Below are positions 1 through 8,618 of a DNA stretch of 29,930 bases, in pieces; position 1 is the stretch's first letter, and every line of letters starts with the position of its first letter. Origin of the DNA: a virus (taxonomy: Duplodnaviria > Caudoviricetes). Below the pieces are notes generated by a model. It did no database searches. It saw nothing but the letters and a program-made list of their open reading frames with translations, and was not told the origin of the DNA. The translations under genes were made by a program, and so were the position numbers. The stretch lies in the IMG/VR virus record IMGVR_UViG_3300042987_000361, positions 1 to 29,930 of that record, one strand, 5' to 3'.

Positions 1-1
1 T

Positions 2-3000
2 GTTGATGAAGAAGAGCTGAAGCGTCTAGAGGCACAGTACGCAGAAGAGGAGAAGCAGTTACAAGCACAAGCTCCTGAGTACACGCCACAGACAGCAGCT
101 CAAACTACTTTTAAGGAACCAACAGCTGCACAAAATCAAGCTGCTGGTAATGTACAACCTGTAAAATCACCTCAACAGCAAGCTGTACAACAACTTACTG
201 GTGGTGGTAAACCTGAAGCTCAACAACCACTTAATCGTGGTAGTGGTTTTATTTATGGTAGTGGTGACCCTAACGCTACACTTGGTGAGGATGTAGGTAA
301 GTATGCCCAACGTACCCTTGAAGGTCTTGGTGCTGCTGGTATGGGTCTTATTGACTTTGGTATGGATGCCATTGGTCGTATCCCTGGTGCTGAGTGGATC
401 GATGATGCTTGGGATAAACACACCAAATACCAGAACCCTGCCTTCGATAAGGCCCGTAAAGCCGCCTCTATTGTCCTTCCTAGTATTGCGGTAGGTGGGG
501 CTGCTGCAACAGCTGGTAAGGCCGTACAGGCTGGTGTGGTACTGCCTAGCTTAGCTGTTGGCGGTGCTGCATCTACCGTTGGTAAGACTGTACAAGCTGG
601 TGGTCTACTGCGTGGATTGACTACTCTTGGTGTTGCAGTTGGTGGTGATGTTGGTGTCAATGTTATTAGTGATCAATCTGAGGAAGAAACCATATCTACT
701 GCTGTTAAAGAAGTAGCACCGTGGCTTCCTGTTCCTGATGCACTTGTTACTAAAGACACTGATTCTCCTGAAGTACGTCGCCAACGTAATATCTATGAAT
801 CTGCTGGTTTGAGTGTTGTAGGTGATTTGATTGGTTATTCGTGGAATGCTGGTCGATCCGTGATGGATTGGTTCAAACCTAATGACAACACCGCTAAAGC
901 TTATAAGGCTTCAGAGGCTATGGTTAATGCAGATGAAGCAACGTCCGTACGCATCTCTGAAATTAACACCCAAACTGAAGCACTTAAAGCTCAAGCAGAT
1001 CAGTATTCCACACTGATTGCTCAAGATCCTGCTAATGCTTTTCAATATAGTGTTGATCTAGATAATATCAATAAGGCAATTAAGTCCCTTGAGGATGAAT
1101 CAGTAACTCTAACTACTGAGTATCTTTCTACAGGTAAATCCAGTCTTACTGAGAATCCCCTGGATTCCTTTATTCAACGTCAACAGATCTCTAGGGATCT
1201 ACAAATTGATGAAGTAGGTAAAGCACGTCTTTTTGATGATCCAGAAGGTGTTGCAGGTGTTGATGCATACATCAGTCCTAACATGTTCCCAGAGGGCTCT
1301 ACAGCAGCCTTGAGCATTCCTCCAGGTAACATGGCTAGGAATATGGCTGATGTGGCTGCAATCAAGCTTGGAGGCGCTTCTGGAAGCCCTGCACCGATTA
1401 TGTCTGAGCGGGCTTATATGGACCTGGCTAGGGGTAATCTTCAGTCACGAGACATTATCCTTGATATTGCAGAGGCTACTCGCTCTGCTGGTGATTTCGA
1501 TGCTACTGTTAACGGATTCCGTTATACTAAAGCTCAAATGTCACAGGCAGCATTTGAGATCTACAAGGATATTATTGCTGCAGATACTGTAGATGATGTT
1601 AAGAAGCTGTTCCTTGACAATAGGGATGTAAAGACTATCCTTGATGGCCGTAAGATCTCATATGTTAATGACATTCAAGCTGAAGGTATCGCCTATGCAA
1701 TGCGTGACCTAACTGATAAATACCTTGGTCGTGTTGCTACTGAGACCTCTGCACGAGCAATGGATACTGTTGGTCGTGAGATCTCTGATATTTCTGAAGG
1801 ATTCAAAGCCCTTCCTGAAGCTGCTGATTATGATCGTTTCACTGAAATGATTGCTGATCGCATTGGCTTCCTGATGTCTGAGTATTCACTCAATAAGTAC
1901 ATTGCTGGTTGGGCACTTAAGAACCAAGACCGTTGGGCACAGATCGTCCAGAAGTCTGGTGATCCAGAGGCTAGCCTTAAGGAGCTTACGCAACAGTTTG
2001 ATCTACGTATGCAAGATGCTACAAAGCGTGGTCAAAGTTATCGAGACATGATTGTGAAGGTTGCTCAGGAACGACCTGATGCAGCACAAGCTCTTATCGA
2101 TGCGTTTGCTGTTACCAAAGGTGATGTAGATACTATTGATAAGTTGATGAAATGGAGCGCTCAACAACTGAGCCCCATGGGTCTACTTAAGGGTAGTAGT
2201 GATGGTCTCAATGCCTTTGCTCAAGGTGTATGGGCAGTCCGTTATAACAACACTTTGTCAGGTCTTTCAGCTATTCGTGCTATTACAGCTAACGAAGTAA
2301 GCCTTCTTTTGCGTCCTATTAACTCAATTCTAGGTACAGGAGTTGGAATGCTTATGGGGCGTAATACTGTAGATGACCTTCAAAAGGCTATTTATACACA
2401 TGGCTCTGTACTGGACGTAAAACGTAAAGCTCTTAAAGATTCCTGGGATACGTTCAAAGGTTTGTGGAATAACGGTAAGTGGGGTAATGATTTTAGTATG
2501 GATGCTAAGTCATTAGCTCGTGCTGATCTAGTTACCGATTACAACCCTTCTGTGTGGGATACCCTTGGTAACATGGAGAAGGTGTGGGAAAAGGAAGGTA
2601 ACTTTGGTCGTCTTTATCAGTACCGCTTTGCTCGTGCATTGTATGACCTTGGTAACTGGCGCTGGTTTAAGTATGGCACCAATGCTTTAATTAGTGCTGA
2701 TGCTTACGTGCAAACCAATATTGCATCTCAGCTTGCTCGTTCACGAGCTTGGGAAGAAGTAGCTAGTATTGGTTATAAAGGTGAAGAGTTAGCAGAAAAC
2801 ATGAAGAAGGCTACCAAGATGGCCTATGATGAAATGTTTGACTCTGCTGGTAACTTGACTGATCAAGCTGCTCGCTATGCTACTGGAGAGATCGCTCTTA
2901 ACTTTGATGATCACACGTCATCTTGGTTGAGTATGGGTGTTAACAAACTGCCACTCATTAAACCATTCTTCATGTTCCCCAAGACTGGTGTTAATGGCGC

Positions 3001-4264
3001 TAAGATGGCTATGTCATATACGCCTCTTGCTACATTGCCTGGCACTTCTCGTTATGCTAAAGTTTTGTGGGCAGGAGATGATATTGATAAGATCAAAACT
3101 GCCTTGCTTGAGCACAACATCGACTATGATCTTGTACCTAATGGTATGGAGATCTTCAAAGGTCTTGAAGCTGAATATCGTGGCCGTGTAGCATTCGGTG
3201 GTCTTCTTGCTTCTAGCATGATGGGATATGCTATGGGTGGTAACATCCGTGGCAATGGTCCCGTTAATGCTGCTGAGCGTAGGAAACTTCGTGATAACTT
3301 TAACTGGCAACCAAAAACAATTAACATTGGTGGTAAGTGGGTCAGCTATGCTGGTTATGAACCACTTGATACTGTGTTGACTTTGGTTGGTGACCTTGCT
3401 TATTACTCTAGAGATATTGGATCAACTCTATTCGAGGAGTATCAAAGCAAACTAGCTTGGACCTTTGCTGCTACCTTTGTCAATAAAACATGGGTTGCTG
3501 GTCTTGAACCTCTTGTAGCTTTTGCTTCTGGTGATCAGACTGCTGTTAGTCGCTTCCTGGCTAATGAAGTACGTTCTATGATTCCTTTGTCCGGTGCCCT
3601 TGGTGTTGCGGCTAACGCGGTATCAAGTTCCCAGAAGGACATCTATAATGACTTTGTTGGTTATGTTAAGAACCGTCTTCCTGGACTTAACAAGGAACTT
3701 CCAGAACAAATTGATATTTATACTGGTAAACCTTTGAATGATATTGATAATCCAATCCTCCGTGGCTTGAACGCTCTTAACCCTGTTAAGATCAGTGATG
3801 GTACAGAGAAGTGGAGACAGTGGATTATCGATAGTGGATGGGATGGTCTGCAGATGATTCGTAAAGATTCAACTGGTAACCACGAGTACACTCCAGCAGA
3901 AAGAGAAATTCTCTATCGTTACATTGGTGAGCAACAAATTTGGAAAGAGTTTGATAAACTTAGCAAGAATAAAAAGTACAATGATCAGCTTGACCGCATT
4001 CGTGCAATGAGGGTTGAAGGTCGTCCTAAGGATGAAATCAACGCTGCTCAATCTGAAGTTTATTCTGTTATGAATCAAATCATGACAAATGCTCAAAAAT
4101 CTGCAGAGCTTCGCCTTCAAAATGAAAACCAACCAATGTGGGAATCTATTCAGGAATCTATCTTGAATAAGAGCTACATGCAACAAGGGCGTATTGATGA
4201 TGCTGCTCGTGCGGCTGATCGCCGTAAGGCACAGATTGAACAACTTACTCAAATGTACAGGTAA
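2..4264 (+). CDS. Large internal virion (ejectosome/core) protein, T7 gp16-like position; 5'-partial
   Basis: Frame of ORF 341..4264 is open back to base 2 (VDEEELKRLEAQY...), giving >1400 aa. Lies directly upstream of the tail fibre, as gp16 does in T7. Confidence 0.8.
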   Translation, partial: VDEEELKRLEAQYAEEEKQLQAQAPEYTPQTAAQTTFKEPTAAQNQAAGNVQPVKSPQQQAVQQLTGGGKPEAQQPLNRGSGFIYGSGDPNATLGEDVGKYAQRTLEGLGAAGMGLIDFGMDAIGRIPGAEWIDDAWDKHTKYQNPAFDKARKAASIVLPSIAVGGAAATAGKAVQAGVVLPSLAVGGAASTVGKTVQAGGLLRGLTTLGVAVGGDVGVNVISDQSEEETISTAVKEVAPWLPVPDALVTKDTDSPEVRRQRNIYESAGLSVVGDLIGYSWNAGRSVMDWFKPNDNTAKAYKASEAMVNADEATSVRISEINTQTEALKAQADQYSTLIAQDPANAFQYSVDLDNINKAIKSLEDESVTLTTEYLSTGKSSLTENPLDSFIQRQQISRDLQIDEVGKARLFDDPEGVAGVDAYISPNMFPEGSTAALSIPPGNMARNMADVAAIKLGGASGSPAPIMSERAYMDLARGNLQSRDIILDIAEATRSAGDFDATVNGFRYTKAQMSQAAFEIYKDIIAADTVDDVKKLFLDNRDVKTILDGRKISYVNDIQAEGIAYAMRDLTDKYLGRVATETSARAMDTVGREISDISEGFKALPEAADYDRFTEMIADRIGFLMSEYSLNKYIAGWALKNQDRWAQIVQKSGDPEASLKELTQQFDLRMQDATKRGQSYRDMIVKVAQERPDAAQALIDAFAVTKGDVDTIDKLMKWSAQQLSPMGLLKGSSDGLNAFAQGVWAVRYNNTLSGLSAIRAITANEVSLLLRPINSILGTGVGMLMGRNTVDDLQKAIYTHGSVLDVKRKALKDSWDTFKGLWNNGKWGNDFSMDAKSLARADLVTDYNPSVWDTLGNMEKVWEKEGNFGRLYQYRFARALYDLGNWRWFKYGTNALISADAYVQTNIASQLARSRAWEEVASIGYKGEELAENMKKATKMAYDEMFDSAGNLTDQAARYATGEIALNFDDHTSSWLSMGVNKLPLIKPFFMFPKTGVNGAKMAMSYTPLATLPGTSRYAKVLWAGDDIDKIKTALLEHNIDYDLVPNGMEIFKGLEAEYRGRVAFGGLLASSMMGYAMGGNIRGNGPVNAAERRKLRDNFNWQPKTINIGGKWVSYAGYEPLDTVLTLVGDLAYYSRDIGSTLFEEYQSKLAWTFAATFVNKTWVAGLEPLVAFASGDQTAVSRFLANEVRSMIPLSGALGVAANAVSSSQKDIYNDFVGYVKNRLPGLNKELPEQIDIYTGKPLNDIDNPILRGLNALNPVKISDGTEKWRQWIIDSGWDGLQMIRKDSTGNHEYTPAEREILYRYIGEQQIWKEFDKLSKNKKYNDQLDRIRAMRVEGRPKDEINAAQSEVYSVMNQIMTNAQKSAELRLQNENQPMWESIQESILNKSYMQQGRIDDAARAADRRKAQIEQLTQMYR
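470..601 (+). repeat. In-frame tandem duplication of 22 codons
   Basis: IVLPSIAVGGAAATAGKAVQAG (470-535) and VVLPSLAVGGAASTVGKTVQAG (536-601); 17/22 aa identical. Confidence 0.9.
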
Positions 4265-4270
4265 CCTTTA

Positions 4271-5827
4271 ATGGCTGTTACTGAGAATACTTATACAGGG
4301 AACGGGTCAACCGTTCTCTATTCTTTCACTTTCCCATATTTAGCCGCTACTGATATTAAAGTCAGTATCAATGGCGTTCTTACAACTGCATATACTTTAG
4401 CCAACGCAACAACGATTCAATTTAATACTGCCCCTTCTAATGGAGCAGCTATTAGAATTTATCGTTCAACATCAGATGCAGCAAAACGGGCTACCTTCTT
4501 CCCTGGATCTTCTATACGTGCTGCTGATCTAAATGAGGACTTTGATCAAGTACTTTATATTGCTCAAGAAACGGCTAACTTAGCTGCTAGTACTGATGCT
4601 TCTGCTATTCAAGCTACAGCAAATACAGCGTTAGCTACTTCTAATACTGCACTGACTACGGCCAATGCAGCTAGTGTAACTGCTAATGGTATTGCTGGAA
4701 CGGCTAATACTGCATTAAGTAATTCCACTACTGCTGTATCTACTGCTAATGCGGCTAACTCTACTGCAACTTCAGCTCTAAGTGTAGCTAATGCAGCATT
4801 GCCGCTAACTGGCGGCACCATGACTGGTTCAATTACTTTTAGTGGTGGTCAACCAACAGGTACAACTAGTACGCCTGGCATTATTCAACTTACTGATTCA
4901 ACCAGCTCAACTAGCGTCACAACTGCTGCCACTCCTAATTCGGTAAAAAGTACATACGACGCAGCGATGCTGAAAACTGGCGGTACTTTTACCGGAGACG
5001 TAACTCTTAACGCCCAAAGCGATCTGCGTTTTGCCGATAGCGACAGCAGCAACTGGGTTGCCTTCCAAGCGCCTGCAACTGTTGCATCAAATGTCACTTG
5101 GACGCTGCCTGCAGCCGATGGCACAGATGGTCAAAAGCTGAGCACCAACGGATCTGGTGTTCTGAGCTGGACGGCTAGTGCTCCAAAGATTACTTATCTG
5201 ACATCCGGCACAAGTGCCACGTATACGCCGACAACCGGCACTAAGGCGATCTACGTCGAAGTCGTTGGTGCAGGTGGTGGAGGCGGTGGTGTTGACGGCC
5301 AAGGCGCTGGGACAGGTGCTGTTGGTGCTTCTGGCGGTGGCGGTGGTTATACGGCCAAACTGATCACCAGTCCGGCAGTTTCTTACACCTATACGATTGG
5401 CGCTGGTGGATCTGCAGGTTCATCTGCCGCTGGCAGCGGAGGTGGTGGCGGCACTTCAACTTTTACTGACGGCACACTGACACTGACCGCGACTGGCGGT
5501 GACGGCGGCACTGGTCTTACGGCAACAGCTGGTAATTCCACAGGCTCGGCTGGCGGTATCGGCGGAGCGGGAAGTGGTGGAGACCTAAACCTTGAAGGTA
5601 GACGCGCTGGCAACAGAGCTGTCGCAAGCGGTCTTGTCGTAAGCCTTTCCACCTCTGGAGCAGCGCCCTTTTTTGGAGGCGGAAAAACCACCGCTATTGG
5701 CAACGCTGGAGAGGCTGGAACAAATTACGGCGAAGGTGGATCTGCTGGAGCTGTCTATAACGTCACAACAAACTACGCTGGCGGCGCTGGTGCTGCTGGC
5801 GTCATCCGCATCACGGAGTTCTTCTGA
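4271..5827 (+). CDS. Tail fibre protein (T7 gp17-like N-terminal adaptor, Gly-rich C-terminus)
   Basis: N-term YTGNGSTVLYSFTFPYL...IRIYRST...GSSIRAADLNEDFDQ is typical of the gp17 adaptor. Ala/Thr-rich coiled coil, fibre repeat GIIQLTDSTSSTSVTTAATPNSVK, Gly-rich tip. Confidence 0.9.
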   Translation: MAVTENTYTGNGSTVLYSFTFPYLAATDIKVSINGVLTTAYTLANATTIQFNTAPSNGAAIRIYRSTSDAAKRATFFPGSSIRAADLNEDFDQVLYIAQETANLAASTDASAIQATANTALATSNTALTTANAASVTANGIAGTANTALSNSTTAVSTANAANSTATSALSVANAALPLTGGTMTGSITFSGGQPTGTTSTPGIIQLTDSTSSTSVTTAATPNSVKSTYDAAMLKTGGTFTGDVTLNAQSDLRFADSDSSNWVAFQAPATVASNVTWTLPAADGTDGQKLSTNGSGVLSWTASAPKITYLTSGTSATYTPTTGTKAIYVEVVGAGGGGGGVDGQGAGTGAVGASGGGGGYTAKLITSPAVSYTYTIGAGGSAGSSAAGSGGGGGTSTFTDGTLTLTATGGDGGTGLTATAGNSTGSAGGIGGAGSGGDLNLEGRRAGNRAVASGLVVSLSTSGAAPFFGGGKTTAIGNAGEAGTNYGEGGSAGAVYNVTTNYAGGAGAAGVIRITEFF

Positions 5828-6009
5828 TGAAAACCGTCATCTACGACCCTGTTGCTGATCTCGTCATCAACGTCGGCATGGGCGAGCCAAGTGGTCCTGC
5901 ACCATCAGGACTGGAATTCATCGTCGTCGAAAACGATGTATATGTCGGACCCGGCTGCAAGCGTGCTGAAGACGGTACGTATTACATGCCGCCCTCTGAT
6001 CCTGAATAA
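5827..6009 (+). CDS. Small tail-fibre-associated protein (possible assembly chaperone)
   Basis: TGATG coupling to tail fibre; shares GC-rich codon style of the fibre C-terminus. Confidence 0.6.
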   Translation: MKTVIYDPVADLVINVGMGEPSGPAPSGLEFIVVENDVYVGPGCKRAEDGTYYMPPSDPE

Positions 6010-6029
6010 CGAATAGTTAATTTACTGCA

Positions 6030-6233
6030 ATGATTACTATCTTTGGAGCCAAGGTCTCTCTTGAGGCTTTGGCTTTTTTTATTCTCTTTTTAGCTTCTGA
6101 GTATCTAGGTTTTAACAAAAAGATTCGCTCTAATACAGTTAGTCAATTTGTTGTACGTGCTGCTCGTCTTGCTCGGCCATTCCGTAAGGAAGACGACAAG
6201 ATCTCTCAAATTAAAAAGATTCTTCGCGGGTAA
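6030..6233 (+). CDS. Putative holin / small membrane protein
   Basis: One hydrophobic segment (LEALAFFILFLASEYLGF), basic C-terminus, immediately upstream of endolysin. Confidence 0.5.
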   Translation: MITIFGAKVSLEALAFFILFLASEYLGFNKKIRSNTVSQFVVRAARLARPFRKEDDKISQIKKILRG

Positions 6234-6238
6234 TCTAC

Positions 6239-7207
6239 ATGGTACTGCTGCCTGTAAAACAGTATTACCCTCAAACAGATAGTGCAACAGGTCACGGAGA
6301 TCGGATGTGCTTTAGCTCAACATGCGCTATGGCTATTAAGTATCTCCGTCCTGATGCTCTAAAGGGTAGTAATGCCGATGATGATTACTTGAGAACAGTT
6401 CTCAAATACGGTGACACTACAAACTCCACCAGTCAAATCAAAGCCTGTCAGCAGTACGGTGTTCTTGCTTCCTTCTACACAAAAGGTACAAGGCAATCGT
6501 TAATTAATGAACTAAAGGCTGGGTATCCAGTAGCTACTGGCATCTTACATAAAGGTCACGTTTCTAATCCTGTTGGTGGTGGCCATTGGATGCTACTCAT
6601 CGGTGATGATGGAGAGCGTGGCATCTTCCACGATCCTTACGGAGAAATGGATAATGTCAATGGCGGCTATGTCTCTATTGGATCTGGTGGTAAGGATGTT
6701 AAATACTCCTGGAAAAATTGGCTTCAACGGTGGGAAGTTGAAGGTAAAGGTACAGGATGGTTTATGACCTTCCGGCCTATGCAGCAAACACAGCCTATCG
6801 CTCCCGCTGTTAACACGTGGAAGGGAATTATCACTGCCGCCTCTAAGGCAGGGGCTAAGTTTCCTGAAGTTGTAGCTGCACAATGGGCACTTGAAAGTGG
6901 TTACGGGAAACACACCTCTGGTAAGAACAATTACTTTGGTCTCAAAGGCGAAGGCTCTGAACGTGAAACAAAAGAGTTCATTAATGGGCAATGGGTAACA
7001 ATCCATGCTGGATTCATTGATTTCCCTGATCTACAAACTTGTGTGTCTTACCTTGTAGACCGTTGGTACCGAGACTACAAACGCTTCAAAGGAGTCAATC
7101 GTGCTAATTCTCCTGAAGAATGCGCTCGTCTTCTTGTAGCTGAAGGATATGCTACCGATCCTCAATACTCTGATAAATTAATTAAACTACTTCGGGAGAA
7201 TGATTGA
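6239..7207 (+). CDS. Endolysin: peptidase C39-like domain plus GH73 glucosaminidase-like domain
   Basis: N-term YYPQTD...MCFSSTCAMA...GGGHWMLLIG...HDPYG (Cys-His-Asp); C-term AAQWALESGYG...NNYFGLKG...GYATDPQY. Confidence 0.85.
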   Translation: MVLLPVKQYYPQTDSATGHGDRMCFSSTCAMAIKYLRPDALKGSNADDDYLRTVLKYGDTTNSTSQIKACQQYGVLASFYTKGTRQSLINELKAGYPVATGILHKGHVSNPVGGGHWMLLIGDDGERGIFHDPYGEMDNVNGGYVSIGSGGKDVKYSWKNWLQRWEVEGKGTGWFMTFRPMQQTQPIAPAVNTWKGIITAASKAGAKFPEVVAAQWALESGYGKHTSGKNNYFGLKGEGSERETKEFINGQWVTIHAGFIDFPDLQTCVSYLVDRWYRDYKRFKGVNRANSPEECARLLVAEGYATDPQYSDKLIKLLREND

Positions 7208-7433
7208 AGCAAGTGTAGCGGCAGGTATTGCCCTGTTTACCGCTATTGTATCGGTGCATAACCGCCTACATTCCAAAATTAGTGAAGTAGACAGTCGCGT
7301 AGACAAAGTAGAACTTCGCGTTGCTGAAAACTATGTTCAAAAACAAGAGCTAGCAGTTGCTCTTCAGAAAATGGAGGATCACATGATCCGTATTGAAAAC
7401 AAACTAGATCAAATAGTATTGAGAAATGGCTAA
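7200..7433 (+). CDS. Small membrane-anchored coiled-coil protein (possible lysis accessory)
   Basis: N-terminal hydrophobic stretch then heptad-like region; GGAG RBS; overlaps both neighbours by 8 nt. Confidence 0.6.
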   Translation: MIEASVAAGIALFTAIVSVHNRLHSKISEVDSRVDKVELRVAENYVQKQELAVALQKMEDHMIRIENKLDQIVLRNG

Positions 7434-7677
7434 GAATAAAGCCACGGAAGACATGTTCAATGAGTTGCATAATATGGTAACTCAAGAACTTCTTAATCGA
7501 ATTAAATCAGGTGAAGCGTCAACTGCTGACCTTAAAGCTGCTTGTGATTGGCTAGCTAAAAATGATATTAGTGGTGTTGCTTACGAGGGCAATCCACTAG
7601 ATAAACTTGCTACTATTATGCCTAAGATTGATCCCGAACTTGTGCAAACGAGGTTGTATGGCAAGTCGCACGTCTAA
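7426..7677 (+). CDS. terS: Terminase small subunit (T7 gp18-like)
   Basis: KATEDMFNELHNMVTQELLNRIKSGEASTADLKAACDWLAKNDI matches T7-like TerS pattern; upstream of TerL. Confidence 0.8.
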   Translation: MAKNKATEDMFNELHNMVTQELLNRIKSGEASTADLKAACDWLAKNDISGVAYEGNPLDKLATIMPKIDPELVQTRLYGKSHV

Positions 7678-7903
7678 ATTCTATAAGGACAACCCTGAAG
7701 CTAGGGATAAACGTCTTAAGTACCAAAAGAAGTACAACAAGCAAAGTATGCAAATACGTAAACGAGTTGAACTTAATAAGATCAACAGACAGAAAGGAAC
7801 CTATGGTAATGGTGATGGAAAGGATGTTTCTCACACCAAGGATGGTTCCACTGTTATGGAAGATCAATCTAAAAATCGAGCCCGGAATCGGGGCAAAAAA
7901 TAA
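7658..7903 (+). CDS. Basic hypothetical protein with reduced HNH-like motif
   Basis: ATG at 7658 after GAGG; GDGKDVSH...SKNRARN resembles the HNH 'GKDVDH...NRARN' signature with the central loop shortened. Confidence 0.65.
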   Translation: MASRTSKFYKDNPEARDKRLKYQKKYNKQSMQIRKRVELNKINRQKGTYGNGDGKDVSHTKDGSTVMEDQSKNRARNRGKK

Positions 7904-7909
7904 GATGGT

Positions 7910-8236
7910 ATGACTCCTTTACTACCGAGTCCTGATCACTATCTCCACAACCTTATAACGATGACAAGTCCTGAAGCTAAGCGTCTTTGGAGACGCGCCA
8001 TTAAGGAGCACTTTAATTGTCAATGTGTCTACTGCGGAGAAACTTATGAATTACACGAACTTACTCTCGATCATGTTAAACCAAAATGCTATGGAGGAGA
8101 AGACCTCACCTCAAACCTTGTACCTAGCTGCTGGCAGTGTAATCAGAACAAAGGTAGTAACAATTGGCTTCAGTGGATGAGGGATACTTTTGGTATCACC
8201 ACAAGGGAGCAACTTATTCTTTCTCACATTAAATAA
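7910..8236 (+). CDS. HNH endonuclease
   Basis: CVYCG...LTLDHVKPKCYGGEDLTSNLVPSCWQCNQNKGS: CxxC-DH-N-CxxCN. Confidence 0.92.
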   Translation: MTPLLPSPDHYLHNLITMTSPEAKRLWRRAIKEHFNCQCVYCGETYELHELTLDHVKPKCYGGEDLTSNLVPSCWQCNQNKGSNNWLQWMRDTFGITTREQLILSHIK

Positions 8237-8238
8237 CA

Positions 8239-8616
8239 ATGGCTCGACGTTCACTTAAAGATGATTTGAATGACATCCGTTCTATGATTAAAAAATCCAA
8301 AGAACGGCAAGGTGTAGATACAAAGGCAGAAATGGGTTCTAGGGCTATGAAGGCTACTGGAACTGAGCAGAATTTTATGCAAGGTGGCTATACTACCAAA
8401 ACTAAAGTAGATGGTTCTAGGTTTCAAGGAGCACCCCTTTCTCAAGCAAACTTGCAGGATTATAGAGAAGCTCAGCAGCAACCTAAACCACAAGCACAAG
8501 TTAAACCGAAACCCCCTCGTGCTCGTCCTATGCCTGGTCGTGAAGGAATGATGGCTAAGGCAGAAGAAGAGCGTAAGCGTCGTATGCGTGGTGAGTCGGC
8601 TGTTATTGGGGGCTAG
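8239..8616 (+). CDS. Hypothetical basic protein
   Basis: 125-aa ORF with 2-nt gaps to both neighbours; phage-like codon usage. Confidence 0.7.
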   Translation: MARRSLKDDLNDIRSMIKKSKERQGVDTKAEMGSRAMKATGTEQNFMQGGYTTKTKVDGSRFQGAPLSQANLQDYREAQQQPKPQAQVKPKPPRARPMPGREGMMAKAEEERKRRMRGESAVIGG

Positions 8617-8618
8617 TC

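Noticed and set aside
2911-2921. TCACACGTCAT as another promoter-motif copy
   Set aside because: Needs an inserted base in the core; not counted
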